Source of the DNA: Azolla caroliniana
Lineage: Eukaryota; Plantae; Polypodiophyta
Assembly: GCA_043228905.1 (NCBI GenBank)
Contig: JBHGNT010000006.1
Coordinates: 11,160,001 to 11,224,000 of the forward strand
Direction: 5' to 3'
DNA length: 64,000 bases
Positions 43,478 to 56,800 of the stretch are shown here, in pieces. Positions within the stretch are counted from its first letter, which is position 1. Every line of letters starts with the position of its first letter. The translations under genes were made by a program, and so were the position numbers. The notes below the pieces were generated by a model, which was given only the letters and a program-made list of their open reading frames with translations, did no database searches and was not told the origin of the DNA.

Positions 43478-44422
43478 TGTCGTAGTGTAATTCGCACACT
43501 ACGTGAAATTTGCATTTTTGTCCCTCCGGATAGGACAAGCAGGAACCGGCAAGGAGGACCCGGTAAGGAGAACCAGTGAGAACCAGATGAAGGAGGGACC
43601 GGCAAGGAGGAACTGGTAAGGAGAAACCGGTAAGGAGAACCAGATGAAGGAGGGACTAGCAAGGAGGAACCGGTAACGAGAACCCAATAAGGAGAATCGG
43701 TGAGAACCGGATGAAGGAGGGACCCGGTAAGAACCGGATCAAGCAGAACTGGCAAGAGCCGGATAAAGGAGGCCGATGAGAGTCTCTCACCGGATGAAGA
43801 GACAAATTTGTAAATAGAAGAAAAGATTGCTATGTGCATAGGACAGGATTTGAACCCTATACCTCCATGTAGACAAACCCCAACCTTACCATTATACTAA
43901 CTTATCCTAAGTGTTCCAAATATAGATTTAATACGTATGAGACCTTTATTTACGCCTATCTTTGGAATGCGTGAATACTTTATTTATAAGAAAAATGTAC
44001 ACCAATAAAAAATTACTCATGCACATCTGGTGAGCATGAGCACTATATTTAGGAAATAAAAGAATAGTGTAAAAAGCAGCTCATGCACATTTAGTGTGCA
44101 TGAACACTTTAGAAAAGGCATGAAGCTATGCTTAGCCTCTTCCATCCTTATGTAAGGAGGAGAGAAAGATGTATGGTGTTGTTGATTATTTTACAAGGAT
44201 TGATCAATCTAATATATTCATGGGATTCACGAGTTTATCATCAAAATTCTCTTTCTTACAATCTAAATATTGATTAAATACACTAAACACGTGGGATTCT
44301 CAAGTTTTATTTCTTATTTCTCTTCATAACTAGCCTTATATTGTATTCTTCTTTCTCCTAGTCCAATACCTCAGTGGTTCCCACCCGACTCACGCAACGA
44401 TCCGGAGCGAAAAGGCACGACA
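43478..44422 (+). repeat. 3' LTR of A
   Basis: After PPT GGAGGGGGCGAG; followed by ACAG. Confidence 0.92.
43836..43907 (-). ncRNA. tRNA-like Pol III cassette in 3' LTR of A
   Basis: A-box TAGTATAATGG, B-box GGTTCAAATCC, T-stem ATAGG/CCTGT. Confidence 0.6.
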
Positions 44423-44650
44423 ACAGTTCCCGAATCATGGTTGGTGAGAGAGTGTGTGATTGTGCCGGACCACATACATTGACTTTCGTGAGTGGTGCCT
44501 ACACATCTCTGTGTGGGACCTGGTCCTCAACATTGATGGCGTTAGCGAGCTTGCATACCTCCAAATGCTCGCCATCATGCAGCCCCCGATATTCGAGCAC
44601 GTGTGGCTCGATGTTTACCACGACATCGGGCCACGTGGATACTATGGCTC

Positions 44651-46928
44651 ACTTTACACATACGTGTTTTACTTGGATGCCTTGCTTATGTTCATGTACT
44701 TGCTGAAGTGAGAAGTAAGCTTGATCCAAAAGCTAAAAAATGTATTTTTGTTGGATATTTAGAGGAGCAAAAAGGGTATAGATGCTATAAACCTTTGACA
44801 AAAAAGATTGTGGTAAGTCGGGATGTAATATTTGATGAGTTAGGTAGCTGGTACAGCCCAAAACAAAATGTAGAAACTGATGAAGACTGTGAAAATGAAG
44901 ACAGAGAAAAATCTGAAAATGGAAGAGATTGCCATGGAGATGAAAACAATGTTGGACAACAAAGCTCCACATCAATGGAATGTACTGGACCATCTGGAAG
45001 CTCAAGTAGTAAATCTGAATCTAATGCATGGAGTGGAAAAATGCAAGACACAAAAAATATGATGATAAAAAGGGAAAACAGAAGATGCCAAAATATGAAA
45101 TGCTTGATGATGGGTTTAGAAACATGGAAGATGTAGATTCAGATACATCATTGGATGATGAGCTTGGTATAGGAGCCCTGAAAATCCCAGGTATGGAAAA
45201 GGCAATGAAAGATGCAAATCAAAAATTGAGAAGATCAGATAGAGAGAAATAGACTGTTAAAAGATTTGGTTATGACACATATATGGCTATGCATTATGCA
45301 TACATGTCTAAAGCGGTACAAATCCCTGATCCAAATAGTTTTGATGAAGCAAAATTTGAAAAGAAATGGGTAAATGCAATGCAAGAAGAAATAGATGCAT
45401 TGGTTGAAAACAGAACATGGGATTTGGTAAAGTTACCGAAAGGAAAAAATGTTGTAGGTTGCAAATGGGTCTACAAGACAAAGCATGATTCCAACAGAAA
45501 TGTTAGTAGACATAAGCAAGACTTGTGGCAAAGGGATATGCCCAGATGCATGGAATTGATTATGATGAAACATTTGCACCAATTGCAAAGATGGCAACAT
45601 TGAGAACACTACTTGCTGTGAGTGCAGCCAAAAGATGGGTTATGCATCATATGGATGTAAAAAATGCTTTTTTACATGGTAACTTAGAAGAAGAACTGTA
45701 TATGTGCCAACCACTAGGTTTTGAAGATAAGAAGCATCCAGAATATCTATGTAGGCTGAAAAAGGCTCTCTATGGATTGAAACAAGCACCAAGGGCATGG
45801 CATAAAGAACTTTCAAAATCTCTGAAAAAATTTGCTTTCAAAATGTCAAAGACTGATCCATCATTATATGTAAAGAGGATAAATGATTACATTGTTGTGA
45901 TTTTGATTTATGTAGATGATTTAATCATTTGAGGTGATTCCATGGATGAAATAAGCAAGCTGAAAAAAAATCTTGACATGCAATTTCATATGAAGGATTT
46001 GGGAGAGCTGAGGTATTTTCTTGGCATTGAGATGATCAGATCTGAAAGTGGTATATATATGTTGCAAAAACAGTATGCAACAACTATGTTGAAGAAGTAT
46101 GGTATGCTTGGATGCAAACCTATTGGTGTACCACTAGATAAGAACTGCAAATTGAGGGTTGATTTGGGAGCCTAAATAGAAGATGTAAACATGTACAGGT
46201 CTATGGTGGACAACCTCATATATTTGACCACAAAAAGACTTGATTTCAGTTATGTTGTTGGATCAGTTAGCTAGTTTATGCAACAGCCAACAAAGCCACA
46301 TTTGGACTGCATTAAAAGAATCTTGAGGTATGTAAAAGCTACTTAGAACTATGGATTGTTTTACAGGGCTGATTTGGAAATAAAGCTAGAAGGATATACA
46401 AATGTTGATTGGGCTAGAAGCCAAACTAACAGAAGATCCACAAGTGGATATATTTTTACATTGGGAAGTGTAGCTATTTCATGGAGTAGCAAGAAACAAG
46501 TTATTGTTGTATTATCAAGTACTGAAGCTGAATATAGAGGAGATGCAATAGCCACCTGTGAAGAGGTATGGATCAGAAGATTGCTTGTTGATTTGGGAGA
46601 ATATATAGATGGTGCTGTCACAATTTGGTGTGACAATATGAGCAGCATTCAGCTGGCAAAAAACCCAGTTTTCCATGCAAGAACAAAGCACATTGAAGTG
46701 CATTATCACTTTGTTAGAGGAAAAGTGATTGATGGAGAAGTGGATTTGTTGTATGTAAGTACAAATCAGAAAGTTGTTGATATTCTTACGAAGGGATTGA
46801 GCATGGAAAAACATACACAGTTTACAGACATGATGGGAGTTATAACCATCGGCACGGTACCTAAAAAGCATGAAGAAAAGACGATTGAACATGATCCCAA
46901 GAAAGGATAAGTTGAGCTTGAGGTGGAG
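44651..46928 (+). mobile_element. 5'-truncated AT-rich Copia G (INT tail, RT, RNase H, PPT)
   Basis: [50 protein letters not shown]; PPT GAGGTGGAG. Confidence 0.9.
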
Positions 46929-47320
46929 TATTGAGAAGCAAGCTCAACAAAGGTATGTGATGCTTATTGAGAAATAAGCTATAGTAGCTATTAGCTAATT
47001 AGCTACTACTAGACATAAAGGTGAAACAACTATTTAGCTATGCACGGATATTTAGCTATTGTCAACTAATTAGCCGCATATATAAGTCACTTATAACTTA
47101 GGTAAAAAGTAGTAAAGAGAGTAAGAGTGAGAGTAGAGAAGAAGAACAGAAAACAGGAAAACTGAATAGAGCAAGTTGAGCTCTGTGTGTAATGGAATAG
47201 AAGTTTTTGGCTACACAGAGGTAAGTCTCCTTCCCCTTCCTTTCTGTCTTGAGCACTAAACGATCCAGCACATCACCATCCGATGTGCACACAAAGGAGC
47301 CGTAGTGCCTTCGTAACACA
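46929..47320 (+). repeat. Probable 3' LTR of G (right end uncertain)
   Basis: TATTGAGAAGCAAGCTCAAC resembles the other Copia LTR starts; TATATAA at ~47080. Confidence 0.5.
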
Positions 47321-48109
47321 TATCATGTGTGTATTTAGGTACCAGAGAACACACTTCAAGGCTTCCCAATGACATCACCTGCAAAAGCAAATTAAAGACA
47401 TATTGGAAAGAATCTACCCACCATGGAGTGCCAAAATGATAAAGACAGATAGAGAAGAGATATAGAAGAGGAAGAGGAAGAGAAAAGAATGTTATATTAT
47501 ACTAGTAGGGGAACAATACAAACTTACTTCTTAGTCTCTAAATACAAACACAACTCCATAGAACTCCTTTTCTTTCTATGACTCTAAATGACAATAGACT
47601 TTCCTTCTTCCTTCCTTCTTCTACCAAGCCTCTTCTCACTTCTTGTAGAACTTCTACTCTTCTTCTTCCTTTTCTCTTATGGCTAAGAATCCTCCGTTAT
47701 TTATAGGTTTTTGGTTGCATTATTGTTTTGTTTTTTAAATATATGGGTCTATGTAGGCATTTTTTTATACCCCTCGTTGTCAGCTTTTTTATGCATCTTT
47801 TCTTTCGAAATTTTGATATTAGGTAAAGAAGTTATGAGCTTTTTATTTATCTAAATCTTCATATCCATGCCATGCTTTTTATTTACTTTTTGACACTTTT
47901 GAAAAATGTCTCTAACCTTATCCCTTCAAGTTCCTTCCTTCTTTGATTATTATGATACTTAACCTTTCATATCGCACTTTATTCTTAGACATCTTAGCAT
48001 CTAACATTTTTGCCACACTCTTTCCTTATGAACAAAAACTGACTTCACATTATGCATATTTCAATAATTGATTTCTAGTTTCTCTTCAACTTCAAATGTT
48101 ACTTCAGAT

Positions 48110-49260
48110 ATAAAGATGTTTTGGAATGCTTTGATTGTCGTTGGTCTTGGTTCAAAAAGTCAACTCATATTGTTGCACATATTTTGCATCCTTTATGGAA
48201 ACCCAAAGATCAACAAATAGTTATGAATGCAAAGATGGCAAATGGACGACTTGCTTATATTCAAAATGTATATTCTATAGATGAATGTGGAATCTTGCAA
48301 GATCAATTCGACATGTGTAGAAATAGGGCTAGCTGATTTAGCAATAAATTAAAAATTGCAAAATGTAAACTTGTCTCATGGTGGGAAGGATATGGGGACA
48401 ATGTGCCCTTACTACATTCGTTAGCTTGTAGAGTATTGTCTTAGGTATTATAGTTCATTTTTTATTATTGTTTCAATGTTATTAATCTTCTAAAATGACA
48501 TATATTATTTGTTTAATACTTTATGTCATAGGATCGCTCTTCTAGAGCTGCTGAAAGAAATTGGAATGCACATGCATTGGCACATACAAAAAGAAGGAAT
48601 TGTTTGAAGGTGAAACAAGTGGAGAGATTAGTATACGTTAGAGAAATCTTACGGCTTGTTCGGAGCATTCAAACTCATGTTGGTCTTCTAATGCAGGTCT
48701 AAATCTTTCTTTTTCATGTTTGTCATTTGATGTTTAGACAAGTCATTTTTATGTTAATTAATGAGCCTTGTTAATTGGCTGTGGTTTAAACGTTATGATT
48801 ATGATACCAAATATTATTTTATTTAGGTGAATCAAGATGAGATAGACATTGACAAGACTCCCAAAATGTCTGCATCAACAAACAATATTGATACTCAAGT
48901 TGCACAAGCATATTTTTTAGGAAGCCGAGGCTATGCATATTGGTTGGGTTACTCAAAGTAGATCTATGTTTGCCACTATGATAGTGGATGAAGGATTGGT
49001 GGGTTCAAGTTCTAACACTATTAGAGGAGGTCGTGGATATGTTCGTAGTCATGCTTGTGCGAGAATTGCAAGTACAAGAAGGCCACTTACTCAACAAGCT
49101 ACAACTATTGTTTGCAATGTTGAATATGTTAATGATGATGGAGATCAAAAGGATGAAGATGTTGACAATGTCACCGTTGATTGATCTCCTAGTTATGTCG
49201 ATAACTATGATGATACTATAATGGAATCCTCTAATGATGATATAGAAGAAGAAATATAAT
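48110..49260 (+). pseudogene. hAT-family transposase C-terminal remnant with two GT-AG introns
   Basis: AHILHPLW; SWWEGYGDNVPLLHSLACRVLS / SSRAAERNWNAHALAHTKRRN.L....ERLVYV (dimerization domain); introns 48445-48531 and 48697-48826; acidic tail. Confidence 0.8.
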
Positions 49261-49829
49261 TGAAAATTACATGGACATAATTTATTATTAGTTTTCACAT
49301 ATTTATTTGAATTTAAGAACCAATAACTCCAAAATATGTGTTTTGACTTCCAAACGATGTGTTTTGATTCAAACTTCAGAAAATGATGCATCGTTCGATT
49401 TTTGCAAGAACATGACATTCTTAACAGATTGTCTCATGGTTAGCCTCTATAATTTTTATTATCATGGGGTTGGTAAGGAGTAATATTGTTGCATAGTTGT
49501 TGATTTTGTAGTGAATGAAAAATAATATGCATGCTAGTTTCCTAAATTGATCACGTAACTATCAATATCCACATGTGTAGCTTATGTATATTTGTTTTTC
49601 TTTGTAGTGTCGTTCTTTTGCCTTCAACTTTTTCACATTTGTAAGAGTTTTCCTTTGTGAGAGGTAGCCAATAACAATGTTTGGACTAAAACATTAGAAC
49701 TCACTAAATCATAAGCAGTATGGGTTTAGCGGTACTAGTGATGTTTTGGACTAATGGAACAATGCTTCTATTATCAAGGGGGGAGCGTTTTATCAATTAA
49801 ACTCAAATGATCTCATTTGGGATGGATAC

Positions 49830-51829
49830 TGTTGAGATACAAGCTCAACATTGGCCGAATCGGTTGTGCAACCCGAGAACCGGATCGGTTGGGGCTGATC
49901 AGTTAGGCCGGACCGGTGCGTAAAACGGGTGAGTAAACCAGTATGCAAATCGGTGCGTAACGAGAAGCCGTAGCAGTGCGTAAACTACGAGGCCGATGGA
50001 AAGATATTCCACGTAGGAATATATTTTGGGAGTTAACGTAGAGCTCAGTTATGAGCATTGAAGTACGTGTCAGTACTTTTGTCAATCCGTATGGACTTGT
50101 ATAAAAGTGCTCACTAAGCACATCCTATGTACAAATTGAGTATTATTTTGAATCAAGTTTTTCTAAGTGTTCTCTCTGTCTCTCCCACGTACTGTGCATA
50201 TGCAAGCTCTCCATTAAACCTGTGTATTTTCTATGTTTGATTTCCTATTGCTTCCGCACACTATTCTTGGTCCTACAAGATGCACCAATACCTGCTCGGC
50301 AGAAACAACTACGTGTCTTGGTCCTACAAGATGCACCAATACCTGCTCGGGCACAGTTACTAGAGCTATGTCCACGAAGCAAATGACACAGCACCCAAAT
50401 CGACACACAGAGATTTCCCGGTGTGGGAACAATCGGCGAGCAAAGTACTGTACTATTTCGCGTCTTGTGTGGGCGGACAACTCCTAAGCTACATTCGGGA
50501 TGCAAAAACGCTGAAAGATGCTTGGGGAAATCTGAAGAAGATTTTCTCCGCAAGCACTACAACCAGGAAGCTTCAACTCCAACAAGAGTTGAGCAACCTA
50601 CGACAACGCAATTTGTCAGTGGCTGATTACACCTTGAAGATCAAAGATATATGTGACTCCTTAGCCTCCATCGATGTGAACGTCGAGGAAGGCGAGATGG
50701 TGCAGATCTGTCTTGGGGGACTGGCATCGAAGTTCGGAGCATTCCGAACTGTTGTGTGTACATGGTAGAATACGTCATTGTTTTTCGACCTACAGTCAAT
50801 GCTCCTTATAGAGGAAAACCATGCGGGTGCGTCGACAAGCACGCATGCCGACATCAAGATGTTGTACACGGAGGGAGATAGGCCCCGTGGTCGTGGTGGA
50901 CGAGGCGAGTCAGTGACAATGGAGGCGGCCGACGGGATCAAGGACGAAGGCACCGAAGTGATGACAACAGCAATTCCAGACCCTCCGAAAACAGGGGGAG
51001 TCGAGGCGACGAGAACCAGCAAGGGAAATCCGTTGCGGAATGCTAGTATTGTGGCAAGAAAGGCCACAAGGAGAGCGAGTGTTGGAAGAAGCGCGTTGAT
51101 TCAGAGAGGACCGGATCCGGATCAGGATCCAAACAAACCGACAAAGGAAATCGACAGTGATCGCACTACGTCGCAGCGTCCGGAAAAGCCGAAAAAGGGT
51201 CAGCCTTCGTGACGAGACACGAAGTGAACTCTATGAAGATGTTCACCCCGAAATCGGACGAGGTTTGGTACGTTGACTCCGGTGCATCAAACCACATGAC
51301 GTGCAACAAGGAGTGGTTCTCGTACTTGGAAAAACCGATGCAACCGAGAGTAGTCGCAACCGGAGACGACACTCCGCATCTGATCATGAATGTCGGTGAA
51401 GTTCCCTTGAACCATGTCAAGCAGAAAGGGAAACTTATGAACGTGTTACACGTCCCCACAATCACGAAGAATCTGGTGTCGGTCGGGCAGATCGTCAACC
51501 AGGGGATGCAAGGCCGGTTCACGCATCTCGGGTGCTTCATCGAAGAAGAAGGTCGAATTATTGCGCAAGGCCGCAGAGACGGGAGAATGTTTATCCTCAA
51601 CTCTAGTGACGATGGCACCGCAATGTTCGCGAAAGGACAAAAAGTCGAGGCGGATATCAACTTATGGCACAAGCGGATAGGCCACGTCAACTATCAACGG
51701 CTTTAGGACCTGCAATCGAAACAAGTTGTGTTCGGATTGCCCAAATTTAGTGGCCGGAAGGCACGAATTTGTGAAGCCTGCCAACTCGGGAAGCAACACC
51801 GACTTCCTTTCCCTAACGAGCATAACTAG
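49830..51829 (+). mobile_element. Copia I, 5' part (LTR ~49830-50263, gag-PR, start of INT), interrupted by J
   Basis: TGTTGAGATACAAGCTCAAC start; gag homologous to F; WYVDSGASNHM; CEACQLGKQHR; PBS region lost. Confidence 0.88.
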
Positions 51830-52950
51830 TGTCGTGAAGATTTTCAGCAATGGTGTGAAAATCACATAAGACGTATGAAATCAAGTGTCAATCATATAAA
51901 ACAATAATAGTGAATATACTTATTCTAAGTAAGTTTAATATCCTAGTACAAAAGACGAAGTTCTTGAACAGATGCATTTTATTACATAAGAAACGGACAT
52001 CTAAGTGTCAACTTATGTCGGTAAGAAGTTGCGAAAGAAAAAGAGAAAATTGTGAGATATCCCACATAGATAGGATGAATAAGGCTCTCACCATATATAA
52101 GGCAGAGCAAAAGTTATTATCTTTGTGTCTATGTGTGCTGTATAGAGAGTTCAAGGTAACTTGAACTAAGAGTGGAGATGGCCTAGCCACTTGTAAAGGT
52201 TTTGGCCAACCGAAATGGATATGGACAGTAACCGGCGATCGGTGATCCGGCGGTATCGGCATCCAACAGAGCCGGTGATCCGACGATATCAGCATCCGAC
52301 GAGCCAACGAGGTAGCGGCGGAGCTGGTGATCCAGCGAGGCGGTATCCGGCATCCGATATCCAGCGGCAACGGCATTCGGCAACAAAATTAATAAATAAA
52401 TATATATATATAAGGAGGGCAAGTAAGGATTCGAACCTTGCACCTCCTAATCAAAAGTCAGTAGTCTTACCACTAAGCCATGACATTTAGTGGAATTTAT
52501 ATTTCTATCATCATACTTTTACATGTAAATTCACATACATGAGAGCTAAAATGAGTTACATGGTTATCATGCACCACATGTAATACATGAGCGCCAAATG
52601 GCAAACATGCATTTTATGCATGTCTTGTACCCTCTCATGCATCATATGCATGAGAGCATCTATAAAAGAAGGGATGAAAAATAAGAAGGGTTAGGCTCTT
52701 TTGGTTATGAAATTAAGAAGAAGAAAAATTTGTTTTCGAATTGATCATGTAACTTGTTTCTTAAATTTAAAGAGAAAGGTTCAATCAATCTCTCTCAATC
52801 GAAAGTCAAGCATTTAATCTCAATTTCTCTCTTTCCCAATCTATCTTAAATACTTCCTCACTAAAGCTTGTACCGACTTCGAATCCTTCCGGTCCAGAAC
52901 CCCGGCGGTTCCGCCTCACGATCCGCGCCTAGTGACGGATCTTCACGACA
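51830..52950 (+). repeat. 5' LTR of J
   Basis: Homologous to 62708-63834; GC-rich degenerate repeats ~52230-52380; TATAAAAG at ~52661. Confidence 0.9.
52416..52487 (-). ncRNA. tRNA-Lys-like Pol III cassette in LTR J
   Basis: A-box TGGCTTAGTGG, arm CTGA-CTTTTGA-TTAG, perfect B-box GGTTCGAATCC; acceptor stem unpaired; AT tail with TTTT downstream. Confidence 0.68.
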
Positions 52951-52985
52951 TAATTAAGTGGTGAACCCGAGATTAATACTTGGAA

Positions 52986-55271
52986 ATGGCGTCCTCAAGA
53001 AACCAAGTGGGAGACCTCGAAAGGATGATGTTGATAGTCGAACAAATGATGAGATCTCGAGACAATGATGCAAGCGTGGAGAAGGCCGTCGACCGTGTCG
53101 TAGAGCTCGAGGGTCAAATTGATGGAAAGAATGTTACGAAGTTCCTTGATACATATAGAAGGGAGATGAATCAGAGGGACGTGTCTAAAGCACGTCAAAT
53201 CGCAAGCTTCAAGAGAGTTGTCGCCAACAACATCCAAAGACGCATCATCGAACTTCAAGAAGGTAAGACAACATGTTCTGAGTTCGAGAAAACAATACTA
53301 GCGGAGTTCGCGACTGAAGACTCAACGATGATGACTCGACATGCCCTAATGAAGTGGATAGAGAAGAAGAATAAGAAGATGAACGCCTCGAGGGTGTACG
53401 ACGAATTCGACCAGATATTTAGTAGTCTCCCCAACACAGACCAAGTGTTGCTTGAAGAGGACAAGACTTTGTACTTCCTGAAGGCCATGCACATAAAGGA
53501 TAGACAGGAGTTGGGAACTCTTCTCGAAGATGATACCCAAGCAAATGGGCTCGTAGCGGACTGGATCGCGGTGAAGCGGGCATGCAATGGGCTCGAGAAG
53601 CGTCACCAATGGGTTGATGACACCGACTTGACGGGATCGACTACCACGTGTTGGGATTTTCGGTCCCTCCGTATGGGATGTCCGGAGATGAATGACGGCA
53701 ATCCCGGTTACGGTTACGGTTACGGTTACGATTACGATTCCGGAGCCAGACGATGAAGACCCCGGCTACGGAGCCGGATGACGAATGTACCCGGAGAGAG
53801 ATCCGGATGCGGGGACATATTTGTGAATATGTTTGCCAAGTGCCCTCGAGGCTATATTTGTAAATAGCCCGAAAGTCATATGTGTATAAATATGACTTAG
53901 GGCAAACAGTTTGATGTTGTTGCTCATTTTTCTGTTTTTTTTTGGGAGAGCTAAGTGAGCAGCCGAGAGAGAGAGAGAGAGAGAGAGAGACGAAGAGGTC
54001 GTTGCCTCTGTGTACTGCCGCCGCCTGTGGCGAAGACAGTGAGCTCAAGGTTGTTGCCTTGTAGCTTCACCATTGTACATCTCTGTTTATAGTGATAGTT
54101 GGAGTTTGAGGACTCCCGTGGTTTTTCCCCATTTAGGGTTTTCCACGTAAAACATCCCGTGTACTCTTCTCTCTATTGTCCTCGTGCACTTTGTATTTCC
54201 CGTTTTCTGTGAGTTGATCCTATTCCTCGGTTTGTGACCGAGCGCTGTTTTGCAACACCACGGAGAAAGCAAGACCGCCAAAAGTAGCTGATCTGCCAAG
54301 ACAAAGTAACGTGGAAGAAAAGAAGATTGATGACGACATCATCGAAGAGCTAGCAAAGAAGTTCGAGAAGGTCACGCTAGCCAATATGAATCGTCGGGGC
54401 CCTAAATGAAATGAACCCTTTAGATGCGTGAGGTGTAATAGCATGGCCCACATGAGAAGGGATTGCGCGAGCCTTCGAGAGGCGATCCGACAAAATATCG
54501 TATACATAGAGGACAACATGATCTGCTCGATTGAAACTTGAAGACCCCTACGGGTGAATTTCGGAAGAGGGGGAATGAAGAAATCTATGGAGGATGCTAA
54601 TGCGACTCATGTGGATGCGATGCACTATGCTGCATCGGCCGGAATAAGAGTCGGGAAAGACAAGACTGAAGCTACTAGAGCGGGAGCAAAGTTTTGGACT
54701 TCCCTTCTCAAATATGAGAAGAAGGGAAAAGTCACTTCGAACGAAGTAGAGCTTGCAGATCGAAGTGTGCAAAGTATAACCAAATAGTCGAATCTAGTGG
54801 ATGACACCACCATACTCGCGGAGGTGATGTGCGACAACCACGAGGTGTTCGTCAAAGAAAAGAGAAAAAGAATAGAATAGCAACGCCCATCAAAAAGACA
54901 TGAAACAAGGAACACGAAAAAGAAGGAAGATGTGGAGACAAGTCGAGCTTTACAAATGGAGGAACGAGAATCAAGCCGAAAAGGAGGGCCGAGCATACGA
55001 GTCGAAGAAACCGTACGACCCATGAAGGTTGGAGTCGAAGACCCCGCTCGGAGGACAAGGGCTATGCCTACCTATAAGCTAAGGTCGGACATAGAGCAAA
55101 CAACGGACCTAAAGAAGATTCTCGAAGAACATGTTCTTGATAGCCACGTGACTTTGTCCTTGAGGGAATTGCTTGGCATTACGAAGGAGTTCCATGACAC
55201 GATCGTGGACCTTGTAAAAAGAAAAAGACAACAATCGGACGAGGAAGAAGAGAAGCCGCAAAAAGCAAAAA
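52986..55271 (+). pseudogene. gag of J1 (interrupted by solo LTR, truncated)
   Basis: ORFs 52980-53756, 54554-54787, 54932-55309; near-duplicate of 57135-58678. Confidence 0.85.
53649..54257. mobile_element. Solo LTR (609 bp)
   Basis: TGTTG...CAACA, TSD CCACG, TATAAAT, (GGTTAC)n and (GA)n; no internal domain. Confidence 0.88.
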
Positions 55272-56757
55272 CGACAACATCCTCCCGTCTCGGCGCCCTT
55301 GCGCAATGACTTCGCCCTCATCCTCAATGAAGCACCCAAGGTGCGTAAACCACACCTGCATCCCCTGGTCGACAATCTGACCGACGGACACCAGGTTCTT
55401 CGTGATTGTCGGAACGTGTAATACGTTCATCAGCTTTCCTTTCTGTCCGACGTGGCTTAGAGGGATTTCTCCGACGTGCACGATTGGGTGAGGAGTGTCG
55501 TCTCCGGTTTCGACTACTCCTGGTTGCTCCGGTTTCTCCAGAAAGGAGAACCACTCTTTGTGGCTCGTCATGTGGTTCGACGCGCCGGAATCAACATACC
55601 ACACTTCCTCCTTTTTGGAAGTGGTCTTTTTCATTGAGTTTGCCTTGTGATTCATCACCAAGGCTGGCCCCTTACCGGCCTTTCCGGTTCCGGATCCTCC
55701 TAATCCGTTTGTGTAGTGCGAGTTTTGCCAGCCATCCTTACCGGTATTGCCGGATCCGGATTTGTCCGAATCGGCACGCTTTCTCCAACACTCGCTTTCC
55801 CTGTGGCCTTTTTTGCCACAGTACTAGCATTCCATAGCGGATTTGTCTTGCCGGCCTCCGGCACCGCCTTGACTCCCCCTGCTTGTGGGAGTCCCGGAAC
55901 TGCTGTCGGCACGCTCATAGTGCCTCTGTTCCTGCTCTTGCCGGCCGCCTCCATTGCGTGCCGACCCACCTCTTCCACCACGCCCACGGAGCTGATCCGT
56001 TCCTGTGTACAGCATTCGGTTGTCCGGGGATGCACTGGTAGATGCACCGGCGTGGTTCTCCTCTACAAGGAGCATAGACTGTAAGTCGAAGAATGAGGGG
56101 GTATTCTCCCTTGTACACACCGCAGTCCGGAATCCTCCGAACTTGGACGCCAGGCCTCCGAGACATACCTGCACCATCTCGTCTTCCTCTACGGTAACAT
56201 TGATAGAGGCGAGCGAGTCCCAGATCTCCTTTATCCGGCCCGTGTAGTCTACCACGGACATGTTCTTCTGTCGAACATTGCTCAACTCCCGTCTGAGTTG
56301 CAGCTTCCGGGCAGTGGTGCTTGCGGCGAAAACCTTCTTCAGGTTCCCCCAAGCATCCTTCGATGTCTTGGCGTCACGGATGTGGCTGAGCAGCTGATCG
56401 CCGATACTGGACGCGAAGCAGTACATCACCCTGCTTGCCGCCTATTCCCATACCGGGAAGTCCTTGTGTGCTGAGTCGGGTGCCGCATCATTCGCTCCTT
56501 CGACATAACTCCAGTACCCGTGTCCAAGCAGGTACTGGTGCATCTTGTAAGACCAGGATGCGTAGTTGCTCCTGTCGAGCTTCTCCACCGGGAGCGACGT
56601 AGCCATGCCTCTATCCATGTCTTCTATTGTGTCTGTTTTCGACCTGTTAGGGTTTTCCTCTCAAGAGTAAATGTCTGCAGCATAGGTTCTCAACCCTCAC
56701 GCTCTGATACCATGTAAACGTGAGTGTTTGCGGAAGCGTAAAAAAACAGAGAACAAC

Positions 56758-56800
<43 letters not shown>

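Larger units (their letters stand above)
4443..44422 (+). mobile_element. Ty3/Gypsy element A (tRNA-Trp PBS), full length but decayed, host of nested insertions B-F
   Basis: Paired LTRs 4443-5466 and 43478-44422 (TG..CA); ACAG on both flanks; internal segments 5467-6482, 28192-28963, 34681-35396, 41002-43477 rejoin into gag-PR-RT-RH-INT order. Confidence 0.9.

Noticed and set aside
47400-48100. Possible minus-strand LTR or promoter remnant (TATAAAT near 47700)
   Set aside because: No termini, partner repeat or TSD identified
52416-52487. Functional tRNA-Lys gene
   Set aside because: Acceptor stem does not pair and the anticodon differs between the two LTR copies; kept only as a tRNA-like cassette
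53705-53740. (GGTTAC)n as telomere-like repeat
   Set aside because: Short microsatellite inside a solo LTR; not the plant TTTAGGG motif
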